From the NCBI GenBank assembly GCA_964448115.1, contig CAYUVA010000003.1, positions 62,001 to 126,000 on the forward strand: DNA of 64,000 nucleotides. Reading direction: 5' to 3'. The stretch's first letter is position 1; each line of letters begins with the position of its first letter. The translations under genes were made by a program, and so were the position numbers. The notes under the pieces were generated by a model. It searched no databases and was not told the DNA's origin. It saw only the letters and a program-made list of their open reading frames with translations. Of this stretch, positions 30,264 to 41,662 are shown one piece after another. This DNA is from an uncultured bacterium (lineage in GTDB: Bacteria; CAYUVA01).

Positions 30264-31478
30264 ATGCTTATCCCCAAGATAGCCTTCCGCAATATCTTCA
30301 GGCAAAAGAGACGATCTCTGCTCACCGGCTTGATGATGGCAATCGGATTTGCGCTTCTTTCTATAACCATAGGACTCATGGATGGAAGCTACTCCAATAT
30401 AATCAATATGTTCACCCTGGATCACACCGGACATGTGCAGATCCATAAAAGAGGCTACCTGGAGCGCCCCTCCATATACAAGACTATTACAGACTCCGAT
30501 AATATCGAGCAAGAGGTATTAAATGTTCCCAAGGTCGTATCGGCTGCTCCACGGGTTTACTCTGTAGTGCTGGCATTGTTAAGAAAGAAGACGACCGGTG
30601 TCCGCATCATGGGGGTAGATCCGGCCAAGGAGAAAAGAACGACCCGCCTGCCAGGCAAGGTCAAGGAGGGCAAGTTCCTCCCTTGCAAATCACCCAATGA
30701 GGTGGTTGTTAGCGAGGGGCTAAAAGATGTGCTAGGCGCGAAACTAGGCGATGAGATCGCTCTTATCGGTCAAGGCGCCAGGGGAGGAATGGCAAATGAC
30801 CTGTTCACCATTGTAGGCTTCACCGATGATAACGACTCTTCGGGATTGATGACCTGTTACCTTGATATCCGAGATGCGCAGCGTTTCCTGGAGCTTGGAG
30901 ACAAGGTGCACGAGATCGCGGTTGTGCTCGAAAATTATAAGTATGCACGCAGAACAGCAGATCTGATTTCAAGTACACTAGCCAGTGACTCTCTTGAGGT
31001 GCATCCCTGGCAGGTAGTCGAGGAGCAGTTCTATCGTGCCATGAAGGCGGATTGTCAAGGCTCTTATGTCTCGTTGCTGGTGGTGATGATCATAATCGCC
31101 ATCGGCGTATTGAATACGGTGCTCATGACCGTCCTTGAGCGCACCCGCGAGTTCGGGCTGCTCAAGGCGATCGGGACGCGCCCTCTGGCTATCATCAGGC
31201 TCATTATCCTGGAGACAGCGTTCTTGGCTTTCATATCGATTATCGTCGGCATGATACTAGGCACGGCGACAAACTACTGGCTCTCCATTCATGGCATCAA
31301 GTATCCGATAGCGATCGAATGGGGCGGTTTCACCTTTGACAGGATGCTATCAGTGGTAACCTGGCAGACGATCTGGGAGCCGGCTTTGCTTACTTTCCTT
31401 ACCGCGATTATAGTAAGCATCCCGCCGGGGATTAGGGCAGCGCGCATAACACCAGTCAAAGCCATGAGGCAGTTTTAA
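30264..31478 (+). CDS. ABC transporter permease, FtsX/LolC-E/MacB family
   Basis: IAFRNIFRQKRRSLLT, periplasmic domain, VLERTREFGLLKAIG, RAARITPVKAMR. Confidence 0.9.
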   Translation: MLIPKIAFRNIFRQKRRSLLTGLMMAIGFALLSITIGLMDGSYSNIINMFTLDHTGHVQIHKRGYLERPSIYKTITDSDNIEQEVLNVPKVVSAAPRVYSVVLALLRKKTTGVRIMGVDPAKEKRTTRLPGKVKEGKFLPCKSPNEVVVSEGLKDVLGAKLGDEIALIGQGARGGMANDLFTIVGFTDDNDSSGLMTCYLDIRDAQRFLELGDKVHEIAVVLENYKYARRTADLISSTLASDSLEVHPWQVVEEQFYRAMKADCQGSYVSLLVVMIIIAIGVLNTVLMTVLERTREFGLLKAIGTRPLAIIRLIILETAFLAFISIIVGMILGTATNYWLSIHGIKYPIAIEWGGFTFDRMLSVVTWQTIWEPALLTFLTAIIVSIPPGIRAARITPVKAMRQF

Positions 31479-31614
31479 TAATCAGTTTCCTAATTTGGAC
31501 AGTTTGATTTTAAGATAAGTCTTTACTATTTTGCATAAGGTATGAACGCTGAAAAAAAAAAAACAGCCCTGAAAACCAAATTATACCATAAGGCTTAAAA
31601 AGGAGTGTTGATTT

Positions 31615-32928
31615 TTGGGATTATTTAGCAAAAAAAAGGCACAAGAAAAAGTATGCGTTGTTGGATTGGATGGTGTTCCTCACTCACTCTTGTTACAGCT
31701 CATGGAACAAGGCGTCCTTCCAAATATATCTGCAATTGTTCGCACCGGCAATTTGTACAGAATGAAGGTTACATTGCCAGAGATCTCAGCGGTTAGCTGG
31801 CCTAGCTTTATGACCGGAGCCAATCCTGGGGTTCATGGGATCTTTGGATTCACCGACCTGAAACCAGGCAGCTATCAGCTCAGGTTTCCCTCATTCAGGG
31901 ATCTTCAGGCTCCGACCTTATGGGACAAGCTGGGACAAAGAAAAAAACGAAGCGTGATAATCAATCAACCCTCCACCTACCCGGCAAAGCCGCTTGAGGG
32001 GGTTTTGATCTCCGGCTTCGTTGCGATTGATCCCCGCAAGGCAGTTTATCCAAAGGGACTAGAGGCAAAGCTAAAGGAGTTAAGATACGAGATCGACATC
32101 GACACGGCTAAAGCCCGGCAGGATCTCGATTATTGCCTCGATGCACTCGACAAGACACTGAAAGGCAGGGAGCGAGCCTTTGAATATTTCTTTGAGAATG
32201 AGCAATGGGATTATCTGGAGCTTGTAATCACCGGCAGCGACCGCCTCCACCACTATCTCTGGTATGCCCTTGAGAATAAAGGAGATCCTTACCATATAGC
32301 CTTCTTGAACTACTATCATAAGGTGGATGCCTTGATTGGAAAGGTTTATCGACGGTTTATGGATTTCACTGGTGGTAAAGGTAGCCAAGGATTCTATATG
32401 CTCTCCGATCATGGATTCACGGGTATAAAGAGCGAGGTTTATCTGAACGCTTGGCTTCGGGAGCACGGGTTTCTACGCTTCGAGAGGGATCAGCCCGAAT
32501 CGCTCAATGATATCGATGGTTCATCAGAGGCATTTGCTATGGATCCTAGCCGAATATACCTTAATATCGAGGGCAAATATCCTAAAGGTAGCGTCAAGAA
32601 GGATCAGGAAGAAAGGCTCAGAGAAAAGATCAAACAAGCACTGTTATCTCTCGAATATGAGGGTGAAAAAGTGATCGACTTCGTCCTTTATAGGGAGGAG
32701 GCATACTCTGGGCTGTTTGCCGAGCGGGGTCCGGATATAATCGCTGTGCCCAGATACGGCTTTGATCTGAAAGGCTCAATTACGCAGGAAAGGATCTTTC
32801 ATCACAGCGGATTACAGGGTATGCATACCTGGGATGATGCCTTTTTCTTCAGCAGCGATAAGCAAAAAAAGGAAGATCTGAATATTACCGACCTTAGCGA
32901 GATAATTCTCTCAGGTATGCAGAAATAG
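31615..32928 (+). CDS. Type I phosphodiesterase/nucleotide pyrophosphatase family protein
   Basis: VGLDGVP, PEISAVSWPSFMTGANPGVHGIFGF, LSDHGF, GMHTWDDAF. Confidence 0.85.
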   Translation: MGLFSKKKAQEKVCVVGLDGVPHSLLLQLMEQGVLPNISAIVRTGNLYRMKVTLPEISAVSWPSFMTGANPGVHGIFGFTDLKPGSYQLRFPSFRDLQAPTLWDKLGQRKKRSVIINQPSTYPAKPLEGVLISGFVAIDPRKAVYPKGLEAKLKELRYEIDIDTAKARQDLDYCLDALDKTLKGRERAFEYFFENEQWDYLELVITGSDRLHHYLWYALENKGDPYHIAFLNYYHKVDALIGKVYRRFMDFTGGKGSQGFYMLSDHGFTGIKSEVYLNAWLREHGFLRFERDQPESLNDIDGSSEAFAMDPSRIYLNIEGKYPKGSVKKDQEERLREKIKQALLSLEYEGEKVIDFVLYREEAYSGLFAERGPDIIAVPRYGFDLKGSITQERIFHHSGLQGMHTWDDAFFFSSDKQKKEDLNITDLSEIILSGMQK

Positions 32929-32969
32929 CGTGATTTGATTGCCACCAGATCCGAGAGATGACTCCTGGT

Positions 32970-32998
32970 TTGACACCTTTATTATCACTGACTAATAT
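32970..32998 (+). promoter_or_regulatory. Probable sigma70 promoter for metK-ahcY
   Basis: TTGACA, 17 nt spacer, TAATAT. Confidence 0.45.
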
Positions 32999-33064
32999 AA
33001 ATGTTCGTTTAAAGGCTACTCAAAGACTATAAGGGCTTAATACAAGCCTGATAAGGAGCGACAA

Positions 33065-34216
33065 ATGAGTTCCAAAGATTATCTTTTTACCTCTGAATCG
33101 GTAACCGAGGGGCATCCGGATAAGATAGCGGATCAGATCTCTGATGCCATACTGGATGCAGCCCTGATTGATGACCCTAACAGTCGGGTTGCCGTTGAGA
33201 CACTGGTCGCGACCGGACTCGCCATGGTAGCGGGACAGCTTACCACCAAGACATATATAGATATTCCGCATATCATTCGGAAGACCATCCGAGACATAGG
33301 ATATACTAGGGCTAAGTATGGCTATGACTACGAGACCTGCGCTGTCTTGACCGCTATAGATGAACAATCGCCGGATATCGCCCAGGGGGTTGATACTGGC
33401 GGGGCTGGAGATCAGGGCATGATGTTCGGCTTCGCGGTCAACGAGAACGACCGCTATATGCCAACCCCCATTCAGCTCGCCCATAATATCACCAAGCGAC
33501 TGACCCGGCTGCGCAAGGAGGAGATCCTCACCTGGTTAAGGCCGGATGGCAAGTCGCAGGTTACCATACAGTACTCTAACGGCAAGCCGGTAAGGGTTCA
33601 TACCGTGGTGGTATCCACTCAACATAGTCCCAAGATCGAATACGATGAGCTAAAAGATGAGATAATAAATCGCTGCATCAAGCCGGTCATTCCAGAGGAA
33701 CTGATGAATGATGATATCATCTACCACATCAATCCTACCGGCAGGTTCGTGATTGGCGGTCCCCAGGGCGATACCGGCTTGACCGGTCGCAAGATAATCG
33801 TTGATACTTATGGCGGTATGGGGCGACATGGCGGAGGATGCTTCAGCGGTAAGGATCCAACCAAGGTTGACCGCAGCGCGGCTTATGCAGCCAGGCATAT
33901 CGCCAAGAACATCGTGGCTGCTCAGTTGGCTGATAAATGCGAGATACAGATCGCATATGCTATCGGGGTCGCGGAGCCGGTTTCCATCAGCATAGAAACC
34001 TTTGCAACCGGCAAGGTCGATGAGAAGAAGCTAGTTGAGGTAGTTCGTCAACTATGGAACCTTACACCACGCGCTATCATCGACTACTTTAAGCTGCTTC
34101 GCCCCATATACAAGCGCACCGCAGCCTACGGGCACTTCGGCAGGGCGCATAGCGACTTTACATGGGAGAACACAGAGAAAGTGGCCGATCTTAGAAATGC
34201 TTTCAATATCAAGTAA
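33065..34216 (+). CDS. metK: S-adenosylmethionine synthase
   Basis: [35 protein letters not shown]. Confidence 0.98.
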   Translation: MSSKDYLFTSESVTEGHPDKIADQISDAILDAALIDDPNSRVAVETLVATGLAMVAGQLTTKTYIDIPHIIRKTIRDIGYTRAKYGYDYETCAVLTAIDEQSPDIAQGVDTGGAGDQGMMFGFAVNENDRYMPTPIQLAHNITKRLTRLRKEEILTWLRPDGKSQVTIQYSNGKPVRVHTVVVSTQHSPKIEYDELKDEIINRCIKPVIPEELMNDDIIYHINPTGRFVIGGPQGDTGLTGRKIIVDTYGGMGRHGGGCFSGKDPTKVDRSAAYAARHIAKNIVAAQLADKCEIQIAYAIGVAEPVSISIETFATGKVDEKKLVEVVRQLWNLTPRAIIDYFKLLRPIYKRTAAYGHFGRAHSDFTWENTEKVADLRNAFNIK

Positions 34217-34222
34217 TCCTAG

Positions 34223-35494
<1,272 letters not shown>

Positions 35495-35571
35495 AAAAGA
35501 TATAAAATTAAATGCCTGGAATTATCTTCGAGCCTTTAAGGAGTAGTTAAAAAGTACTCAGGGTAGTATAG

Positions 35572-36294
35572 ATGTCCATATTTCAAAGATTCCGCTCCAA
35601 CTTGCGGCGGAATATAGTAGCAGGATTAGTAACCGTATTACCCCTATCAGCCACTATATTTCTGCTATTGTTTTTGTATCGCAAGGCGGAAGGATTTTTC
35701 TCACCACTGGTCAAGCAGTTTTTCAAGATACGAGATCTGCCCTATCCTCCTGAGTTCATTACCACATTTCTCGGCATACTTTTATCTATAGTTGGCTTAT
35801 ACTTTATCGGTGTATTTGCAGCTAATTATGTAGGCAAAAAACTACTCGGTTGGGGAGAGAGCATCCTGAACCGCATTCCCTTGGTAAGATCGGTTTATAC
35901 TACAGTCAAGCAAATCCTGGAGACCTTTAGCGTAGATACTCAACGATCCTTTGCAGAGGTCGTGTTGCTTGAATATCCCAGGAAAGGCTTATGGTCCTTC
36001 GGCTTCGTAACCAGTAAACAAAATCCGGTCATGGATAGGCTGATTGGCGAGAAGATTGTGGTGGTATTCATCCCGTCAACGCCGAATCCGACTACTGGAT
36101 ATATACTTCATGTACTTGAAAGGGAGATAATCCGGGTCAATATAAGCCCGGATTATGCATTCAAGTACATCATCTCGGCAGGTGTTTTAAGCTTGGAGGA
36201 AGATAAGCTCGGAAGCATAAAAAATATTCACCAAACAGACTTAGCACATAAAAGGTTAAGAAAAACGAGCCAGGCAGGGAAAAAGAAAAAATAA
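35572..36294 (+). CDS. DUF502 family membrane protein
   Basis: RIPLVRSVY...KQ, EYPRKG, VFIPSTPNPTTG. Confidence 0.9.
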   Translation: MSIFQRFRSNLRRNIVAGLVTVLPLSATIFLLLFLYRKAEGFFSPLVKQFFKIRDLPYPPEFITTFLGILLSIVGLYFIGVFAANYVGKKLLGWGESILNRIPLVRSVYTTVKQILETFSVDTQRSFAEVVLLEYPRKGLWSFGFVTSKQNPVMDRLIGEKIVVVFIPSTPNPTTGYILHVLEREIIRVNISPDYAFKYIISAGVLSLEEDKLGSIKNIHQTDLAHKRLRKTSQAGKKKK

Positions 36295-36295
36295 C

Positions 36296-38707
36296 TCAGT
36301 TCTTAGGCACCTCTAGTGCCGGCCATGGATAGCTTTTATTCTCCCATCGATTCCTCGCCTGTACCTGAATTAAAAAGCGATCAGGCTGCAACGGAGGGCT
36401 AACCTGTAGCATGAATCCATAAATGTCATCACCAGGGTCGAAGTCAGAGGAGCTTCCATTATCAAGAAGGATTATTCCAAGCTCAATGCCTTGATATGTG
36501 AGATAAACGGTCAAGTCGCTATCTTGGTTCTGATCCTGCACAAGAGCGATCAACCTTATAACACCGCCTGATCCTGCGGCTACATTGGTTTCCATGTATC
36601 CAGCTAGAAAAATGACCGGCGTGGAGTCAGGGGTACTGGTAGCGGTGGAGGTCGGAGTCTGGCTGGGTATCATGGTCAGTGTTGGACTTGAGGTGGTTGT
36701 CGGTGTACTGCTCGGTGTCATAGTACGCGTGATTGTAGGGGTGAAACTTGGAGTGGGAGTGCCGGTAGGAGCTGTCGGAGTATGCGTCCTGGTCGGGGAA
36801 CTGGTCGGCGTAAGGCTCGGTGTGGTGAAGTTGCATAATGCTTCTGTAATTCCGGTGTCCTGCTCTGGATTTTGAACCTTGTCATATCCTAGCGTGTATA
36901 ACTCGTACCATCCATGTCCTGGTTCGGGGAATGGACCAAACATGATGAACCGTTGCGAATATGCTCCGTTGTACTGGCTCCAGGAAGCGCTACCAACAGG
37001 CTTGTAATAAAGATTATAGTGGTCGAAGCCGCTCAGTGCATCGCTGAAATCGACCTCAAGCTGAAGCTCTGTCTCGTAGGTTACATAGGGATGATAGACA
37101 ATATCGCACTGTGGCTCAGAGGCATCCTGGATGGAGCTAACCATAATCGACCAGTCTCCTTCTATGTTGTTTTGATTTCTACCCTTTACTCTGTAACCGT
37201 AGCTCACTCCATCCTGCAGTTGGGTGAATGTATAGTTACAAGATGCGATCCAGCCGCTTTGCTGCTTGGTTATTGCCTGATCGACTTCAATTATTGCTTC
37301 GGCTAGGTATTCGACTGCGGTATCTGGCATTCCAGGGCTCCAGAATATGGTGTTCTGATGCCCAGCGGTATAAGGTGGCTCGGGATGAATATCCGGTGCA
37401 CCGGGAGGCATTGGTGTCGAACTGGGTGTCGCAGTCAATGTCGCCGTGGGGGTGAAGGTTAACTGAACATAGGTGCCCTGCACATCGTAGAGGGTCTCGT
37501 CTCCGAAAGCGCTATTGCCAGAGATGGCGCGCAGGCAATAGAAGCCGTTCTCGGGTGGAGAAAAGACTATCCTGGTCCCCTCGTCGAAACAATCGATGTC
37601 GGTCGTACAGATAAACAGGTATGGCTCGGCTTCTTCTCCTCGCGGGGTCGCCCAGATAGTATATTGGCTGTCGGCATAGAGTTGTAGCCTGCCGAAGTCG
37701 ATATCAGTTGGATAGCAGAACTTATGTGAATATATCCTTCCGTCAAGGATCATCTGGATACTTGTAGCGCAGGCATTATCCAATGGCTCGTAGATATCAC
37801 ATAACGCTGTTGAGGTGGGCGTTGCACTCGGAGTCATGGTGGGAACTTGGGTCAAGGTGAATGTCGGGGTAGATGTTATGGTCGGGGTTTGAGTGGGGGT
37901 CAAGGTGATATCGCTTGTTGGAGTCGGTGTACTGGTCGGGGTGGCGGTTGGGACTAAACTTGCTGTCGCCGTCGGAGTTGATGATGGTATGGGGGTTGCG
38001 GTTGCTGTCATGGTCGGCGTCGAGGTCGGCGTAGGTGCTTGGGTGAAGGTTGGCGTCTGGGTGGGGAATGGGGTCTCGCTGTAGAATATGATGCGCAGCT
38101 TCCCCTTATAGTCGTTGTTACTATAAGGGAAAAACTTCTGTACCGTATATTCAAGCTCGCTGCCGCTGACCCTCATGGAGATCCCGAACCAGCCAAAGCC
38201 GTCAACAATGCGTTGCTCCAGGTGAGACATGGCGGTTGAGGAAAGCTCCAGCTCAAAGGTATGTAATGAAGAACTGGTAATATTTTTGCTCCCATAGAAG
38301 CTGCCGGTATTTGCCCGAGAGTAAACCGCATAAGGACTATCATTCTCAGGTATGACCGCTAGTAGCAGGTCCCTGAACTCGACCGTCTTGGGGACGAATA
38401 TTACAGGATCCGCGTAAGTGGCTAGTGTCATTATAACTCTTGTAACATTAAGATCGCTTGGGAGATCCGATGTATCCCAGTAGTAGTAGCCATGATAGAT
38501 ATAGTACTCGAAAAAATGGTCAACACTTCCTACCCAGGCTTCCCCTGTCTCCAGGTGATAGCTGTAATCGTCGCTATATAGATATGTCTTGCCGCTGCTG
38601 ATAGGACTAAGCGTGTGATCATATCGCTGTGCTGCCCAAAGCACTACCGGCATAAGAGGCAAGGCTGAGAGGATGAACATCGCCAGGTGCCAAGATCTAG
38701 GTTTCAT
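36296..38707 (-). CDS. Secreted modular surface protein: DNRLRE-like N-domain, Pro/Thr linkers, YEP (PPC-like) and Fn3-like modules, shared C-terminal GYMxT domain
   Basis: Signal peptide ...[28 protein letters not shown] repeats; [21 protein letters not shown]...YRVK; C-terminus LAGYMET...WPALEVPKN. Confidence 0.7.
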   Translation of the reverse strand: MKPRSWHLAMFILSALPLMPVVLWAAQRYDHTLSPISSGKTYLYSDDYSYHLETGEAWVGSVDHFFEYYIYHGYYYWDTSDLPSDLNVTRVIMTLATYADPVIFVPKTVEFRDLLLAVIPENDSPYAVYSRANTGSFYGSKNITSSSLHTFELELSSTAMSHLEQRIVDGFGWFGISMRVSGSELEYTVQKFFPYSNNDYKGKLRIIFYSETPFPTQTPTFTQAPTPTSTPTMTATATPIPSSTPTATASLVPTATPTSTPTPTSDITLTPTQTPTITSTPTFTLTQVPTMTPSATPTSTALCDIYEPLDNACATSIQMILDGRIYSHKFCYPTDIDFGRLQLYADSQYTIWATPRGEEAEPYLFICTTDIDCFDEGTRIVFSPPENGFYCLRAISGNSAFGDETLYDVQGTYVQLTFTPTATLTATPSSTPMPPGAPDIHPEPPYTAGHQNTIFWSPGMPDTAVEYLAEAIIEVDQAITKQQSGWIASCNYTFTQLQDGVSYGYRVKGRNQNNIEGDWSIMVSSIQDASEPQCDIVYHPYVTYETELQLEVDFSDALSGFDHYNLYYKPVGSASWSQYNGAYSQRFIMFGPFPEPGHGWYELYTLGYDKVQNPEQDTGITEALCNFTTPSLTPTSSPTRTHTPTAPTGTPTPSFTPTITRTMTPSSTPTTTSSPTLTMIPSQTPTSTATSTPDSTPVIFLAGYMETNVAAGSGGVIRLIALVQDQNQDSDLTVYLTYQGIELGIILLDNGSSSDFDPGDDIYGFMLQVSPPLQPDRFLIQVQARNRWENKSYPWPALEVPKN

Positions 38708-38722
38708 CTTTATTTATTCCCC

Positions 38723-41257
38723 TTATGGTTGCCAGTACATATCAGCATGACAAGAAATATTATAGCAGGCTCCGCGGTTGGGCGTTGAACCATTCTGATA
38801 TACGCCATCGGGTGCAATGTCGGGATCGAACCTAACATCGAGTACACCGTTTATATGATTGGAGGAATCGGTAAAGCGGCTGAAATGGCATACACGGCAT
38901 TCTTGAAGATGGATCTGATGCTGCCCAGTGGTCGGGGGAGATGATGCGTCAACTCCATGACAGGAGCCGCAGGTTCCTGTGGATGCTTGTCCCCATGAGG
39001 GGGTATTATTGCTTCCGCCGCTTAGTGGTTGCGAGCCGGCGCCGTGGCATCCTAGATTATAACATGTGAGACCATCATAATTACCACCAGCGGTAAGCTC
39101 ACCTCCAACGAATGCCACTTCGGCTACCCCGTTTATATGGGCAGAACCGATCTGACCGCCGAATCCAGAATGGCAAACCGGGCACGAATAGCCGTATCTT
39201 TCTGCATGAGCACGGTGGCTGCCGGTATTCATCGGCTCCTGGTGCGATGTCGAGTGGCATTGACCACATGCTTCCCCCTGGCACCAAAGGGTTCTACCGA
39301 GGTGACACTGGGAACCGAGTCCACTACAAAGCCCACTGATACCAGTCTTTCTATAGCCTGAAGGGGTGATATCCTGATATGTTCCCCCCTCGGAAAAGCT
39401 TATCCCGCTTGGATTATCGAGTACATTGTTATGATGCTCGCTCTCCTTACTGCCATGACATCTCAAGCAATCGATATGATAGGTCTCGATATGACTGAAA
39501 TGCCAACCACTGCTAACCGAGTGGAGCTGATTTCCGCCTAAGCGATGACAATCCATGCACTCTAGCATACTATCCAGATACCAATTCGGTTTGCCCACTC
39601 CATGGCAGCTCACCTTGCTACAGGTTCGATCCTTGTACTCGCCGCCATATTTGGGATCCATGGCAACATCTACCTTACCGTTCAGATGATCAGGCGGCTT
39701 GGCATCCTCATAACCGTAATGACATGCGCTGCAGGGATAGTTTAGCTCTTCCGACGAGCAGTGCTTGATATGCGCACCAGTTACTGGAGGATCCGCGTTT
39801 GATGCTCGGTGGCAGTTCATGCAACCCTTGTTTGTGTTCCATAATGAAGCGCCCGTGTGACAATTGGCATCCATGCTAGCACAGTACCCGGACACACCAT
39901 CTGGATTACCACCATTGGGCGTCTCATCCCGATAAATCCCAGAGGGAAGCTGGATCGGGGCATTATCCAGCCTTCCGTTATAGTGTGTACCCGGCTCGAT
40001 ATGACAAGTTTTACAGCCAATGCCATCAATATTGATATGCTCAATGTGGCTGCCGCTAAACGGGGAGTTCATCATATCGCTTAAGGCATCATGGCATTCG
40101 TTGCAGGAGAGATTCGCATCATAATACCAGTCAGGGGTTCCTGATCCATGACATACTATCTGGGCACACTTTCCATTATTGAAGCCCTTGCCCAAGCCGG
40201 GATACAAAATAACATCGGCTTTGCCGTTGAGATGGTATAGCTTTTTACCCTTGTCGCATCCGTAATGACATGTCATGCAAGGGTATCCTCGATGCCTATT
40301 CGATGCATGGATATAGTGTGCTCCGCTTTCAGGTGGATTCTGCGCATCTGCCCCATGGCAAAGCTGGCAAGAATCCTCGCTGCTCCACTTCGCTTGTCCG
40401 CCATGGCAGGGGGAATCCATGTCAGAGCAACTCCCGGAAATGCCTTCATTATTAAATCCTTCAGGCGTCGAGTCGAGGTATTTGCCACCTTTGGGCACTA
40501 TACCATCGGGGTTGTCCAAGATATTATTATAATGCTTGCTAGGTGTATCTTCATGGCAACTCTGACATCGAATGTCCGCCCGGTGGTGCTGTAGATGTTT
40601 TCCGCTATTAGGGTCGAAGCGGTGTGAACCTGCTGGTCGATGACAACGAATGCATTCGTATCCAGGGTATGGCTTCGGCTCATAAAGCTCATCTGGTATC
40701 CAGCTAGGCTCCTGGTGAATATGACAAGAGATATTGGTACAAATCCGCCCATCCCAAGCGCCACCTACATTTTCCTCGAAAGTTACCTGCATGATATCAT
40801 CAGGATGGGTTGGGGAATATATCCCTCCTCCCTGGTGACAGACCTCACAGTCAGTAAACCTGACATACCTGGATTTCTTCAAGAAATATAAGATCTCAGC
40901 GTGCTTAGAATGTCTCCCCTGATCGGGCATCGCATTATGGCAGGCATTACATAGGACCTCGGAGTCCTCCTTAAAGCCATTTCCGCCGTGGCAAGCCATG
41001 CATTGCGAGGGCTGGTAGTTGATGTGGTTATAAGCCTTAAGTTCATTTATCTTATGGCATTGTAGGCAATCAGCTTTGCCGTATCCCTTGCGATGATTGA
41101 CTGGATTTAAGAAGATACGGATTTCCTTACTTTCCTTGGTCTTTTCAATATCAAAAGAATGCTCTGGCGCATCATTACAACCTACAAGCAGAACGGCATA
41201 TATCACATAACAAAACAGAGCCAGAAATTTCGAGATTGCATAAAAACCCCGCCTCAT
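38723..41257 (-). CDS. Lipoprotein multiheme c-type cytochrome, CxxxxCH/CxxCH repeat type (up to 26 heme-binding motifs)
   Basis: Lipobox LLVG-C; 18 CxxCH, 5 CX4CH and 3 CX6CH counted; repeated GxHxxH and HxNGxxDV motifs of Geobacter-type CxxxxCH repeats. Track start 41293. Confidence 0.9.
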   Translation of the reverse strand: MRRGFYAISKFLALFCYVIYAVLLVGCNDAPEHSFDIEKTKESKEIRIFLNPVNHRKGYGKADCLQCHKINELKAYNHINYQPSQCMACHGGNGFKEDSEVLCNACHNAMPDQGRHSKHAEILYFLKKSRYVRFTDCEVCHQGGGIYSPTHPDDIMQVTFEENVGGAWDGRICTNISCHIHQEPSWIPDELYEPKPYPGYECIRCHRPAGSHRFDPNSGKHLQHHRADIRCQSCHEDTPSKHYNNILDNPDGIVPKGGKYLDSTPEGFNNEGISGSCSDMDSPCHGGQAKWSSEDSCQLCHGADAQNPPESGAHYIHASNRHRGYPCMTCHYGCDKGKKLYHLNGKADVILYPGLGKGFNNGKCAQIVCHGSGTPDWYYDANLSCNECHDALSDMMNSPFSGSHIEHINIDGIGCKTCHIEPGTHYNGRLDNAPIQLPSGIYRDETPNGGNPDGVSGYCASMDANCHTGASLWNTNKGCMNCHRASNADPPVTGAHIKHCSSEELNYPCSACHYGYEDAKPPDHLNGKVDVAMDPKYGGEYKDRTCSKVSCHGVGKPNWYLDSMLECMDCHRLGGNQLHSVSSGWHFSHIETYHIDCLRCHGSKESEHHNNVLDNPSGISFSEGGTYQDITPSGYRKTGISGLCSGLGSQCHLGRTLWCQGEACGQCHSTSHQEPMNTGSHRAHAERYGYSCPVCHSGFGGQIGSAHINGVAEVAFVGGELTAGGNYDGLTCYNLGCHGAGSQPLSGGSNNTPSWGQASTGTCGSCHGVDASSPPTTGQHQIHLQECRVCHFSRFTDSSNHINGVLDVRFDPDIAPDGVYQNGSTPNRGACYNISCHADMYWQP

Positions 41258-41413
41258 AACATCATTTTCATACAATAAATGCTTAGATGTCAAACATTAA
41301 GAAAGCACCCCTGGTAGATTTTGACATTTTATATCTAGCTGCTATAAGGCTTATGTTTATGAACGAAAAGGTAAGTTTTACAGGGTTTGAGAACCTCAAA
41401 AGCAATTTAGTTC

Positions 41414-41442
41414 TTGACAAAATAAGGGAAAAGTCCTATATT
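41414..41442 (+). promoter_or_regulatory. Sigma70 promoter upstream of rpoD
   Basis: TTGACA, 17 nt spacer, TATATT. Confidence 0.6.
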
Positions 41443-41662
41443 ATAAAAGATTAAGGCGCTTGATGATCGATTTGGGATTTAATGTAGGTGAAAATGAGGA
41501 AGGCAGTATTAAGCGAGGTGGTCATCTTTCATGATCTCGTGTCATCCTTTTGATATCATGTGGTCTGCTAAAAACTACGGCAAGGCTTTGCCTGCTGATG
41601 AATCATATATTGGACATGGAAACAGAATCAAAACCTATCTTAAATAGTAGGAGGTCTTATAT

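Noticed and set aside
32929-33064. SAM riboswitch upstream of metK
   Set aside because: No SAM-I consensus (ATCxAGAG...GCAACC...GTGC) with adequate length downstream of the predicted promoter.
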